DNA of 22,417 bases. Source: a virus. Its lineage: Duplodnaviria > Heunggongvirae > Uroviricota > Caudoviricetes. The position numbers and the translations under genes were made by a program. The stretch is from the IMG/VR virus record IMGVR_UViG_2609459831_000017; one strand, given 5' to 3'. The notes beneath the pieces are model-generated. The model made no database searches, was not told the DNA's origin, and worked only from the letters and a program-made list of their open reading frames with translations. Shown here piece after piece: positions 9,907-19,110 of this stretch. Each line of letters begins with the position of its first letter. Positions within the stretch are counted from its first letter, which is position 1.

Positions 9907-10426
9907 TCAGCAACCCCGGTATCAGTTCATCCAGCGCGGCTGCTTTGTTCATGGCTTTGATGATATCCCGTTTCAGGAAATCAACATGTCGGTTTTCCAG
10001 TTCCGGAAAACGCCGCTGCACCGACAGGGGGATCCCGTCGAGAATACTGGCAATTTCACCTGCGATCCGCGACAGCACGAAAGTACAGAATGCGGTTTCC
10101 ACCACTTCAGCGGAGTCTCTGGCATTTTTCAGCTCCTGTGCGTCGGCCTGCGCACGCGTAAGTCGATGGCGTTCGTACTCAATAGTCCCTGGCTGGAGAT
10201 CTGTCTCGCTGGCCCGCCGCAGTTCTTCAACTTCCCGGCGCAGCTTTTCGTTCTCAATTTCAGCATCCCTTTCGGCATACCATCTTATAACGGCGGCAGA
10301 GTCATAAAGCACCTCATTACCCTTGCCACCGCCTCGCAGAACGGGCATTCCCTGTTCCTGCCAGTTCTGAATGGTACGGATACTCGCACCGAAAATGTCA
10401 GCCAGCTGCTTTTTGTTGACTTCCAT
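9881..10426 (-). CDS. nohQ: terminase small subunit (Nu1 homolog)
   Basis: 181 aa (MEVNKKQLADIFGASIRTIQNWQEQGMPVLRGGGKGNEVLYD...), near-identical to recalled lambda Nu1, including the winged-helix DNA-binding N-terminus. Its 3' end overlaps the A' start. Confidence 0.9.
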   Translation of the reverse strand: MEVNKKQLADIFGASIRTIQNWQEQGMPVLRGGGKGNEVLYDSAAVIRWYAERDAEIENEKLRREVEELRRASETDLQPGTIEYERHRLTRAQADAQELKNARDSAEVVETAFCTFVLSRIAGEIASILDGIPLSVQRRFPELENRHVDFLKRDIIKAMNKAAALDELIPGLLSEYIEQSG

Positions 10427-10603
10427 TGTTCATTCCACGGCCAAAAACAGAGAAAGGAAACGACAGAGGCCCAAAAGTTCGTTTTCAGCACCTGTCGTTT
10501 CCTTTCTTTTTAGGGGGTATTTTAAATAAAAACATTAAGTTACGACGAAGAAGAACGGAAACGCCTTAAACCGGAAAATTTTCATAAATAGCGAAAACCC
10601 GCG
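10427..10603 (-). promoter_or_regulatory. cosB-like terminase binding region
   Basis: Lies between cosN and the Nu1 start. Perfect 16-bp inverted repeat AGAAAGGAAACGACAG (10441-10456) and CTGTCGTTTCCTTTCT (10482-10497), resembling lambda R elements. Confidence 0.6.
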
Positions 10604-10615
10604 AGGTCGCCGCCC
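10604..10615. other. cosN cohesive-end site
   Basis: Plus strand AGGTCGCCGCCC is the reverse complement of GGGCGGCGACCT, the recalled 12-nt lambda cohesive end, positioned ~190 nt upstream of Nu1 as in lambda. Confidence 0.75.
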
Positions 10616-10814
10616 CGTAACCTGTCGGATCACCGGAAAGGACCCGTAAAGTGATAATGATTATCATCTACATATCACAACGTGCGTGGAGGCCATCAAA
10701 CCACGTCAAATAATCAATTATGACGCAGGTATCGTATTAATTGATCTGCATCAACTTAACGTAAAAACAACTTCAGACAATACAAATCAGCGACACTGAA
10801 TACGGGGCAACCTC

Positions 10815-11048
10815 ATGTCAACGAAGAACAGAACCCGCAGAACAACAACCCGCAACATCCGCTTTCCTAACCAAATGATTGAACAAATTAACATCGCTCT
10901 TGAGCAAAAAGGGTCCGGGAATTTCTCAGCCTGGGTCATTGAAGCCTGCCGCCGGAGACTGTGCTCAGAAAAAAGAGTTTCTTCTGAAGCAAACAAAGAA
11001 AAGAGTGACATTACTGAATTGCTCAGAAAACAGGTCAGACCAGATTGA
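10815..11048 (+). CDS. ynfO: small prophage protein, YnfO/YlcI (DUF3950)-like
   Basis: 77 aa (MSTKNRTRRTTTRNIRFPNQMIEQINIALEQKGSGNFSAWVIEACRRRL...) next to cos, as recalled for K-12 Qin. Confidence 0.7.
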   Translation: MSTKNRTRRTTTRNIRFPNQMIEQINIALEQKGSGNFSAWVIEACRRRLCSEKRVSSEANKEKSDITELLRKQVRPD

Positions 11049-11105
11049 AGCAATTTAGATAATCGTGCAGACTACGCCCCCTCATATCACATGGACGGTT
11101 TATCT

Positions 11106-11516
11106 ATGGATCAGGTAGTCATTTTTAAACAAATATTTGATAAAGTTCGAAACGATTTAAACTATCAATGGTTTTATTCTGAGCTAAAACGTCACAATGT
11201 CTCACATTACATTTACTATTTAGCCACAGAGAATGTTCATATTGTATTAAAAAATGATAATACAGTGTTATTAAAGGGCCTAAAAAACATTGTGTCTGTC
11301 AAATTTTCAAAGGATAGGCATCTTATAGAAACGACCTCTAATAAGCTGAAATCCAGAGAGATCACATTTCAGGAATACAGAAGAAACCTTGCTAAAGCAG
11401 GAGTTTTTCGGTGGGTTACAAATATCCACGAACAAAAAAGATATTACTATACCTTTGATAATTCATTACTATTTACTGAAAGCATCCAGAAAACTACACA
11501 GATCTTACCACGCTAA
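11106..11516 (+). CDS. ydfO: YdfO-like protein (DUF1398)
   Basis: 136 aa from ATG 11106 ([28 protein letters not shown]...); the track ORF starts 5 codons earlier at 11091. Matches recalled K-12 YdfO. Confidence 0.75.
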
Positions 11517-11667
11517 ACCATAACGTCCGGCTTCTCTCACTCCTGAGCCGGACTGCATTGGTTTAATAAAAACCATCAACAATTGTGATTTAGATATTCG
11601 GAACCATTCAAATATAACAAAACCCCGTAAAAACGAGGTTTATGGATAAATTTTATTATTGAATACA

Positions 11668-11841
11668 TCAGATTAAATTAATCTTGACATCATAGCTTTC
11701 AAGACCCGTCATTTTTTCCCGTGCGGTAAACTGAATACTGGTAACTTCTTTCCCGGTCTTTTTCTTAAGTTCAATAATTTTTTTTGTTATATATTCAGAA
11801 ATATCTGCTTCTGCTTTTGTTTTTAAGTTTTCAATATTCAT
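11668..11841 (-). CDS. gnsB: GnsB-like small protein
   Basis: 57 aa (MNIENLKTKAEADISEYITKKIIELKKKTGKEVTSIQFTAREKMTGLESYDVKINLI) with AGAGGA 4-5 nt upstream; an in-frame ATG lies one codon earlier. Below the track cutoff; translated by hand. Confidence 0.7.
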   Translation of the reverse strand: MNIENLKTKAEADISEYITKKIIELKKKTGKEVTSIQFTAREKMTGLESYDVKINLI

Positions 11842-12012
11842 CATTTCCTCTTTTAGTCTGTTATGACTTTCCAGTTACACAGTAAGTCGATTATATGGTG
11901 CAAACGTGTAAAAGATAAGATGAAACATCGCAATAATCAACATACGATAGTCTAAATTTTACACAAACAGACAAAGAGAATTTTCCTGAATTATCAATGC
12001 AATAGCATCAAA

Positions 12013-12243
12013 TCAACTCAAGAGCCTTATTGCTGCTTCCAGAATTTCTTCTGAAGTAACATGTCGATCCGCGGCTACATAAATGACTTTATGATCTCCG
12101 GTCAGAGATGGAAACCCTGCGGCCATTACAGTAAGGTGTGTTTTTTCGCCATTTGGATATTCACGCATGATGGTGTTAACTCCAGTCATCGCTGGCACTA
12201 CCACTGCTGGTTCAGAGTTAAAAAAAACTATGATTTTTTTCAT
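12013..12243 (-). CDS. ynfN: small prophage protein, tentatively YnfN-like
   Basis: 76 aa from ATG at 12241-12243 (MKKIIVFFNSEPAVVVPAMTGVN...); the track ORF extends to a TTG at 12285. Assignment rests on position between gnsB and cspI; the sequence itself was not recognised. Confidence 0.45.
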   Translation of the reverse strand: MKKIIVFFNSEPAVVVPAMTGVNTIMREYPNGEKTHLTVMAAGFPSLTGDHKVIYVAADRHVTSEEILEAAIRLLS

Positions 12244-12284
12244 GATGTTACCGTAGTATGTGAGTATCCATCGAATAGACACCA

Positions 12285-12308
12285 AGCAAAAAAGCTCCCG
12301 AAGGAGCC
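12285..12308 (-). terminator. predicted intrinsic terminator with UUCG tetraloop
   Basis: Minus-strand GGCUCC-UUCG-GGAGCU stem-loop followed by UUUUUUGCUU, about 200 nt downstream of the cspI stop. Confidence 0.45.
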
Positions 12309-12514
12309 TTCATTTTCACTTTTTTAAATCCAACGACAGACGGCTGGCATTTAAGTATTGTGAAATATTATCAAATGTAATCATCATTGATTTACAAAAG
12401 ATACATTTTGCCCCGAAAGGATTCATGTCAGAAACATCAAAAGATGATGTTCTATACTGGGAACCATGACAACACGGGCATCTAAAGTGAATATGGTTTG
12501 TAATATTGTCTACC

Positions 12515-12727
12515 TCAAAGCGCCACTACATGAACAGCGGCAGGACCTTTAGGTCCGTTCTCAATACCAAATTCAACTTCCTGATTCTCAGTTAATGTTT
12601 TGAAATCGTTGCTCTGAATTGCTGAGAAATGGACAAACACATCTTTGCTGCCATCTTTCGGCGTGATGAAACCAAAACCTTTTTCAGGGTTAAACCATTT
12701 CACTAAACCAGTCATTTTGTTAGACAT
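12515..12727 (-). CDS. cspI: cold-shock protein, CspA family
   Basis: 70 aa ([38 protein letters not shown]...) with RNP1/RNP2 motifs (KGFGFI, VFVHF). Confidence 0.9.
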   Translation of the reverse strand: MSNKMTGLVKWFNPEKGFGFITPKDGSKDVFVHFSAIQSNDFKTLTENQEVEFGIENGPKGPAAVHVVAL

Positions 12728-13089
12728 AATTATTACCTTTTGAAGAAATTAGCCCTTGGGCAGAATGGTCCGAAAAAAAATATCAGAGAGAAAAACCAAC
12801 AAGGAAATCTCAAGAGGTACAAATAATAAAATTATAACAATGACTGCTTCAGATAAATTTGTAACAAACCAGAACACCATTAACGCATGATTAACCACCC
12901 ATAGCAAGGATTACTTTTGTAAAGAAAAACACAGCAATGAAAGAATAGCTTTATTTATTAATAAAACGTGTCATTCTGATTAAGACCTTTTATCTTACCC
13001 TTAAGATTTCAGGAATTTTGGCTCATGGAAGAGTCCTTTTTATTTAAATTTTACATTCCGCGATGTAAATGTTCCGATTTAATATTACC

Positions 13090-14113
<1,024 letters not shown>

Positions 14114-14117
<4 letters not shown>

Positions 14118-14425
14118 AGATATTTATGATGAGGACGCTCGTGCTTATTGGCAGGATTTTCAATCTTAAAGGAGTACTGATGCTGCAGATAAGACTCAAC
14201 TTTTTCTGACAATTTTTCTGCTACTTCCAGGAAGACTTGCCGGACGCTCCTTCTGGCTGCTGCCTCATAAAACTCCAGCGCAGCTCCTTCAACACGGTCC
14301 ATGGCGACATCCAGGTCAAAAATTTCACCGTCAAAGCGTTCTTTGTCCTGTAAGGCTACAGTTACCGTAACTTTATTCTCAAAATTACGGACTCCTTTCA
14401 CAACCAGTTCATAGTCTTGAGTCAT
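14114..14425 (-). CDS. ydfR: YdfR-like protein (DUF1327), inserted between holin and endolysin
   Basis: 103 aa (MTQDYELVVKGVRNFENKVTVTVALQDKERFDGEIFD...), same length as recalled K-12 YdfR. Confidence 0.7.
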
Positions 14426-14429
14426 TGGA

Positions 14430-14645
14430 TTACTCTCCTCTCGCAGCCTTACGCCTGTCTTCTTTAATCTTGAAATAAAGATTTGTCAGATACGTCAGCA
14501 GGCCAAAAACCAGGCTACCCAGCACACCGATTGCAGCCCACTGTGACGGAGTTACTTTATCGAGTAACTGCAATGCCCAGAAACCAGCATTACCCGCCGA
14601 TGTGCCATAGGCAACACCTGTTGTTAACTTATCCATTGATTTCAT
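14430..14645 (-). CDS. essQ: class II holin (pinholin, S21-like) with dual start MKSMDK
   Basis: 71 aa from ATG at 14643-14645 ([53 protein letters not shown]...): two transmembrane domains and a charged C-terminus. The track ORF extends 25 codons upstream. Confidence 0.85.
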   Translation of the reverse strand: MKSMDKLTTGVAYGTSAGNAGFWALQLLDKVTPSQWAAIGVLGSLVFGLLTYLTNLYFKIKEDRRKAARGE

Positions 14646-14864
14646 ATCCTCACCCCGATGTACACGGATGGTGCAATATGTTTGAAAAGATCGGAGTCTA
14701 CGGGGTAGTTTTGACAGCACACGTTGTTCTCAACGGCGCTAAAAAAACATACACATTAAAAATGTGGGTAATTATTTTGAAAGAAAGTCATATATAAAAT
14801 AATAATACGAGAAATGTTTTCATATTTAGTGTACTGTATACGGCCATTTATACAGGAAAAGCCT

Positions 14865-15035
14865 ATGTCAGAACGTAAAAACTCAAAATCACGCCGTAAT
14901 TATCTCGTTAAATGTTCCTGCCCAAACTGCACCCAAGAGTCAGAACACAGTTTTTCAAGAGTACAAAAAGGTGCCCTTTTGATCTGCCCTCATTGCAACA
15001 AAGTATTCCAGACAAATCTTAAAGCTGTAGCCTGA
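14865..15035 (+). CDS. small zinc-ribbon-like protein (56 aa)
   Basis: ATG at 14865 with AGGA 7 nt upstream. Cys clusters C-x-C-x2-C (CSCPNC) and C-x2-C (CPHC) in MSERKNSKSRRNYLVKCSCPNCTQESEHSFSRVQKGALLICPHCNKVFQTNLKAVA. Opposite strand to the late genes. Confidence 0.5.
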   Translation: MSERKNSKSRRNYLVKCSCPNCTQESEHSFSRVQKGALLICPHCNKVFQTNLKAVA

Positions 15036-15087
15036 TTGATTTTATTAGTAACAAGTATTTTTTATATTTTAATAATATATTTAAAGC

Positions 15088-15117
15088 AGATAATAAAAAA
15101 CCCGCCTGAGCGGGTTT
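15088..15117 (-). terminator. predicted intrinsic terminator (mainly minus strand)
   Basis: AAACCCGC-CTGA-GCGGGTTT hairpin; on the minus strand it is followed by TTTTTTATTATC. Confidence 0.5.
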
Positions 15118-15398
15118 GAGATTGTGGTGCTTTTTGTGGGAGTCATCCACTTACGCACTTTGTTTTGCCATGCCAGCAGTTAGCTTCTGCTGTAAAACTA
15201 TTCATGCAGCAAACCTGCACTTCACCACAATGGTTAGCATACTTTTCCTGATTAAGATTTTGCCAAATATGCTAGCCATTGTTTCATGTATTGGACCTCC
15301 TTACTTTTTATTAAAGAGATCCAATATTCACTACTCTGTCCGTATCTCTACTCAGGCATCAGCCTTCTTCGTTATCGTATACAGACGAGCGATGAATT

Positions 15399-15614
15399 TT
15401 AATCAGTAATGATGACATTTGCTGCTGCAGGACCTTTAGCACCACTCTCTATAGAGAAGGTAACCTTTTGACCTTCAAATAAGGTTCGATAATTATCATT
15501 CTGAATCGCAGAAAAATGCACAAACACATCTTTACTACCATCAACAGGAGAAATAAAGCCGAAACCTTTATCAGCGTTAAACCATTTTACTAAACCAGTC
15601 ATTTTATTTGACAT
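15399..15614 (-). CDS. cspB: cold-shock protein, CspA family
   Basis: 71 aa ([53 protein letters not shown]...). Confidence 0.9.
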   Translation of the reverse strand: MSNKMTGLVKWFNADKGFGFISPVDGSKDVFVHFSAIQNDNYRTLFEGQKVTFSIESGAKGPAAANVIITD

Positions 15615-15914
15615 TCTACATTCCTTAACTTGAGCCTTTCGGCATAAATGGTTTGCATAACAGAAACGACTTCGTACTTAATTGGAGAGACTCAAAGAAG
15701 GAATAAGTGAATAACACCTGAAATGAGAACTGCTTTAGTAAACTACTTCGTATATCGTCTGTTCTTCAAACCGACGCAATCATTAACGCATAGTTGAACA
15801 TATGAAGCAATGTTTATTTTAGACATCCAGCCATCTTCAACCCCATCAAAAAACTATAGCTTTCTTCAGGAACGTGTGTATAGTGCGCCAAGTTATCAGT
15901 ATTAAGGAATTTTT

Positions 15915-16127
15915 TTGTCCCGTAAAATGACAGGAATTGTCAAAACCTTTGACGGCAAAAGCGGCAAGGGTCTTATCACCCCATCCGATGGTCGTATCGA
16001 TGTCCAGCTTCATGTTTCAGCGCTCAATCTCCGCGATGCAGAAGAAATTACCACCGGATTACGCGTGGAATTTTGCCGGATAAATGGTCTGCGTGGCCCT
16101 TCAGCTGCCAATGTTTACCTTTCATGA
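15915..16127 (+). CDS. cspF: cold-shock-domain protein, divergent CspA-family paralog
   Basis: 70 aa ([39 protein letters not shown]...). TTG start at 15915 with AGGA 7 nt upstream; the first ATG is 4 codons in. Confidence 0.85.
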
Positions 16128-16181
16128 GCTATATTAAAGCTTTAATTTCAGGCCCCATCGGATCACACATGGAGAGTTTTT

Positions 16182-16271
16182 ATGAATAACCCCGTCTGTC
16201 TTGATGACTGGTTGATTGGCTTTAAAAGCTTATGCTGTACTTTGGCCGTAATAGCTCTGCTAATAATATAA
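16182..16271 (+). CDS. candidate small hydrophobic peptide (29 aa, [29 protein letters not shown])
   Basis: ATG at 16182 with GGAGAG 5 nt upstream, 55 nt after the cspF stop and before the terminator at 16419-16452. Translated by hand; could be fortuitous. Confidence 0.2.
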
Positions 16272-16418
16272 TAAGCAGACTCATTGTGTTTAGGGACATT
16301 GTACTGGAAGAAAACATTTTAAACATCAGGCAAATAACCAAGTCACCAGCTAAATAATAAGTTAACAGACATGAGTCCCGGGATGAGATTCAACATTACC
16401 ATTGCCCCATTTAAAGCA

Positions 16419-16452
16419 CAAAACCCGCTCATCAGCGGGTTTTCTACTTTTT
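16419..16452 (+). terminator. predicted intrinsic terminator downstream of cspF
   Basis: AAACCCGCT-CATC-AGCGGGTTT hairpin followed by TCTACTTTTTC. Confidence 0.55.
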
Positions 16453-16548
16453 CTTAACGTCGGGTATACAAAGCCCATCGTTGAAAAAATTTTATCCATA
16501 TTTTTTGAAAAATGCAAACATCATGTCGCCATCTTCAGCAAAAATCAT

Positions 16549-17301
16549 TTATCTCGTCACCTTCCTCAATTGCGCTTCCGCGTATGCTTCTTCCTGCCAG
16601 CACTTTGTTACCAGTTTACCAATGACGTCCGCATACCCCTTATACCACTGATAATCGGTCAGGTCTGGTACCAGCTTCTGGACATGACGTCGTGCCAGCG
16701 TGGTCGGTAAACGACTAAACCGGTTTCCATTACAACGCCCACAAATCTTATATACCGGTACGCCATGAAACCGGGTTCTTTTTTCATCCAGAACAATCCC
16801 TTTACCCTTACACCCTCTGCACGCTGTGCTGGCTTCGCCCTTACCATGGCAATGCTGACATAGTTCCTTCACCCATTCTTCCTTGATTACAGATTCCCCG
16901 CGTCTGTAGTGTTTCACCACTTCGCGCAATACATTATAAAATCCCGTACCTGAACAATGCTCACAGCGAGCCTTACTTGCCGCAGACCTGGAGTAATCAG
17001 CAAAGGCAAAACTCACGAGGTAAGGAATAATCTGTAACCGGATTTCTTCACTCAATTTGTTCAATGTCGGGTTATCCAGTGCCATCGCGTAATTTAGCAG
17101 GCCTTCAATCGCAAACTGAGGGTCCTGAACACCAACTTTTGCCAGAAATAAGGCCAACCCAAGTGGTGCTTTCGACTGCACCATCCCCTGCGCTGCCATT
17201 ACATCCGTAATTGTTAAACAACCGGTGCCTGTCGCTGGAGCGTCATCGCTCAATTTTGGAGATTTTGGGGAGTAATATTTTGGTAAGGCTTCAAGGTTCA
17301 T
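16549..17301 (-). CDS. quuQ: late-gene antiterminator Q (phage 21/82 type)
   Basis: 250 aa from ATG at 17299-17301 (MNLEALPKYYSPKSPKL...) with GGAG upstream. Cys/His-rich zinc-binding region (CEHCSGTG, CQHCHGKG, CRGCKGKG, CGRCNG). The track ORF extends 10 codons upstream. Confidence 0.85.
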   Translation of the reverse strand: MNLEALPKYYSPKSPKLSDDAPATGTGCLTITDVMAAQGMVQSKAPLGLALFLAKVGVQDPQFAIEGLLNYAMALDNPTLNKLSEEIRLQIIPYLVSFAFADYSRSAASKARCEHCSGTGFYNVLREVVKHYRRGESVIKEEWVKELCQHCHGKGEASTACRGCKGKGIVLDEKRTRFHGVPVYKICGRCNGNRFSRLPTTLARRHVQKLVPDLTDYQWYKGYADVIGKLVTKCWQEEAYAEAQLRKVTR

Positions 17302-17314
17302 GCTCGTTCTCCAC

Positions 17315-18364
17315 TTACGCCAGTACGCCAATTGCCAGCGCGCGATCGATAAAACGAAATATCAGCTCCAGTTGGGAGCCATACTTATCTTCAAATGCCA
17401 CTGTATCCGTATGCAGCTCGTTGTGATGCTTTCTGCACAAAGGCAACACAAAGAGATCATGTGCTTTTGTTCCCATTCCGCCCTGCCCGTGACCAATCAG
17501 ATGATGCGGATCGTCGGCTGGCATACCGCAGCAAGCACACGGCTGTGTCTTAACCCAACGTGTGTATTTCTCCTTAACCCAGCGGCGACGTTTAGGCAGC
17601 TTCATGAAAGATTCCGGAGACTCTGGATCAACGGTGATGCTTACCACCGTCTTTTCCTGTGGTGATTTTTGTTGCTGGTGGGCGTAAGGCAACGGTGCAA
17701 GATTTTTTGTGCGTTGTTTCAATATGCTGGTGGCGGTCTGCTCTCCCGGTACGATGTCGCTTTCGCGGTACACCGAGCAGATTTTTTCCGCTGGTAATCC
17801 CAGCGAACGACGCGATACAGCCTCAGGTAGTGCATCCACCACCTGATTGCAGACCGCCCACCAGGATAATTCAGCCAAAGATAATTCCCGCTCCTGCGTA
17901 CCGCTTATTGCGTGACGGATGACGTCAATCACCCATGCTGTCAGATTTTGTTGAGCAAGCAGCTCCAGTGATTCCGATGTCTGGTCACGCAGTTGGTTGT
18001 CGCAGTGCCAGCACAACACCATTGCGCCGGTACCATAACGGTGAATGACTGTTTCAGTGTGATGGTAATCGCCATTAGGCCACTGGCAGGATGTAACATG
18101 ACGTAATAGCCAGTCGGACAATGCGCCAACGCCGCCAGCAGCACGAATCACCCGTTCGTTACTAAAAAACGGCAGCAATGTTTTGTCTTCCGCCAGCGGC
18201 TGGCGAACGGCAGGAACGACTCCGGATGGCAGATTACGCATGCTTTTTGGTTCCGGTTCCACCAGCACTCGAGGATTATGAAATATCTGTATGGATTCAC
18301 GGCCCGGCTTAAGGACCACCAGCCCAAGCTCAGGCACCAGAACAGGTCTAAGTAATACCCGCAC
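17315..18364 (-). CDS. ydfU: YdfU-like protein (DUF968) with C-terminal HNH-like Cys/His motif
   Basis: 349 aa from GTG at 18362-18364, 1 nt below the rem stop; an in-frame extension reaches 18403 (362 aa). C-terminal motif QPCACCGMPADDPHHLIGHGQGG...CRKHHNELH. Ends 14 nt upstream of the Q start. Confidence 0.7.
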   Translation of the reverse strand: MRVLLRPVLVPELGLVVLKPGRESIQIFHNPRVLVEPEPKSMRNLPSGVVPAVRQPLAEDKTLLPFFSNERVIRAAGGVGALSDWLLRHVTSCQWPNGDYHHTETVIHRYGTGAMVLCWHCDNQLRDQTSESLELLAQQNLTAWVIDVIRHAISGTQERELSLAELSWWAVCNQVVDALPEAVSRRSLGLPAEKICSVYRESDIVPGEQTATSILKQRTKNLAPLPYAHQQQKSPQEKTVVSITVDPESPESFMKLPKRRRWVKEKYTRWVKTQPCACCGMPADDPHHLIGHGQGGMGTKAHDLFVLPLCRKHHNELHTDTVAFEDKYGSQLELIFRFIDRALAIGVLA

Positions 18365-18365
18365 G

Positions 18366-18644
18366 TTACCTCCAGATCCGTTGCTGGAAAGTGCGGGACG
18401 CACGTGGTGGGCGTTCGGAATAAGGCAGCCTGACAGAGATTATCCAGTGCCGATAGTCGAGACTGAGAGCTTTCTTAACCTCGAACCCGCGCCTGCGGTA
18501 AGAATGAATCAGCCATTCGGCCTGTTCTGCAGTGCATGGAGGGTGCTGGAACCATTCAGACTTGAATGCGTGAGAATACCGCCCGTGCGTGCAGGCAAGA
18601 ACGGGCGAATTATCAGAATTGTAATATTTTGCGTTGCGTGCCAT
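18366..18644 (-). CDS. rem: Rem-like small protein, function unknown
   Basis: 92 aa (MARNAKYYNSDNSPVLACTHGRYSHAFKSEWFQHPPCTAEQAEWLIHSYRRRGFEVKK...) with ATG at 18642-18644, immediately upstream of ydfU. Confidence 0.6.
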   Translation of the reverse strand: MARNAKYYNSDNSPVLACTHGRYSHAFKSEWFQHPPCTAEQAEWLIHSYRRRGFEVKKALSLDYRHWIISVRLPYSERPPRASRTFQQRIWR

Positions 18645-18710
18645 CGGTTTTCTCCGGTGGCACGGTGTTACTCAGCGGGAGTTCAGCCCCGCGCAAGATT
18701 GTAGATGAGT

Positions 18711-18962
18711 TTATTCTCCTGAAAAAGCAGAAAAGCCAGCTTTTATTCCGATCTCTTTCAATGCCTGTAATGAAGTGACAAACTCACCTTCGCGCAAGAT
18801 AAATCCGTCCGTGACCCGAGCATCCACAAAATTAATTAACGCAGCCCCATTCTTTCGCAAACACATAATGCGGTAATGACTAACAAGATTTCCATTTTCA
18901 ACGCACACAGCATAGAGGCCATCTTCACAAAAAATTTTACGCAGTTCTTCGATGTTCATCAT
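18711..18962 (-). CDS. hypothetical protein (83 aa), not recognised
   Basis: ATG at 18960-18962 with AAGGA 5 nt upstream. Candidate sigma-70 promoter (TTGAAG, 18 nt, TAGAAT) in 18963-19077, just downstream of the relBE-hokD terminator. Product MMNIEELRKIFCEDGLYAVCVENGNLVSHYRIMCLRKNGAALINFVDARVTDGFILREGEF... Confidence 0.55.
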   Translation of the reverse strand: MMNIEELRKIFCEDGLYAVCVENGNLVSHYRIMCLRKNGAALINFVDARVTDGFILREGEFVTSLQALKEIGIKAGFSAFSGE

Positions 18963-19077
18963 CAGAATCCTTCCGGATAATTAGCTCTCCCCTTTAAGGG
19001 ACCATCCCTCTTATCCCTGCGCTCTACTTAAGTATTTTTGATTCTATTCCGGCACCGTCCAGAACTTCAAACGCGTT

Positions 19078-19110
19078 GAAAATAAAAACAAAAACCCGCC
19101 GAAGCGGGTT
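19078..19110 (-). terminator. predicted intrinsic terminator of the relB-relE-hokD operon
   Basis: Minus-strand hairpin AACCCGC-UUCG-GCGGGUU followed by UUUUGUUUUUAUUUUC. Confidence 0.55.

Noticed and set aside
7154-10513. Numerous plus-strand ORFs (up to 255 aa) across the FII, FI, E', A' and Nu1 region
   Set aside because: All are antisense to strongly lambda-like coding sequence on the minus strand and have no independent ribosome-binding sites; antisense artefacts.
11525-11554. 8-bp stem hairpin (GTCCGGCT pairing AGCCGGAC) after ydfO
   Set aside because: Large 14-nt loop and no U-tract on either strand; not a convincing intrinsic terminator.
15116-15409. 97-aa plus-strand ORF between the terminator and cspB
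   Set aside because: It starts with TTG inside the terminator hairpin and overlaps the cspB 3' region; the product is hydrophobic and low-complexity with no start signals.
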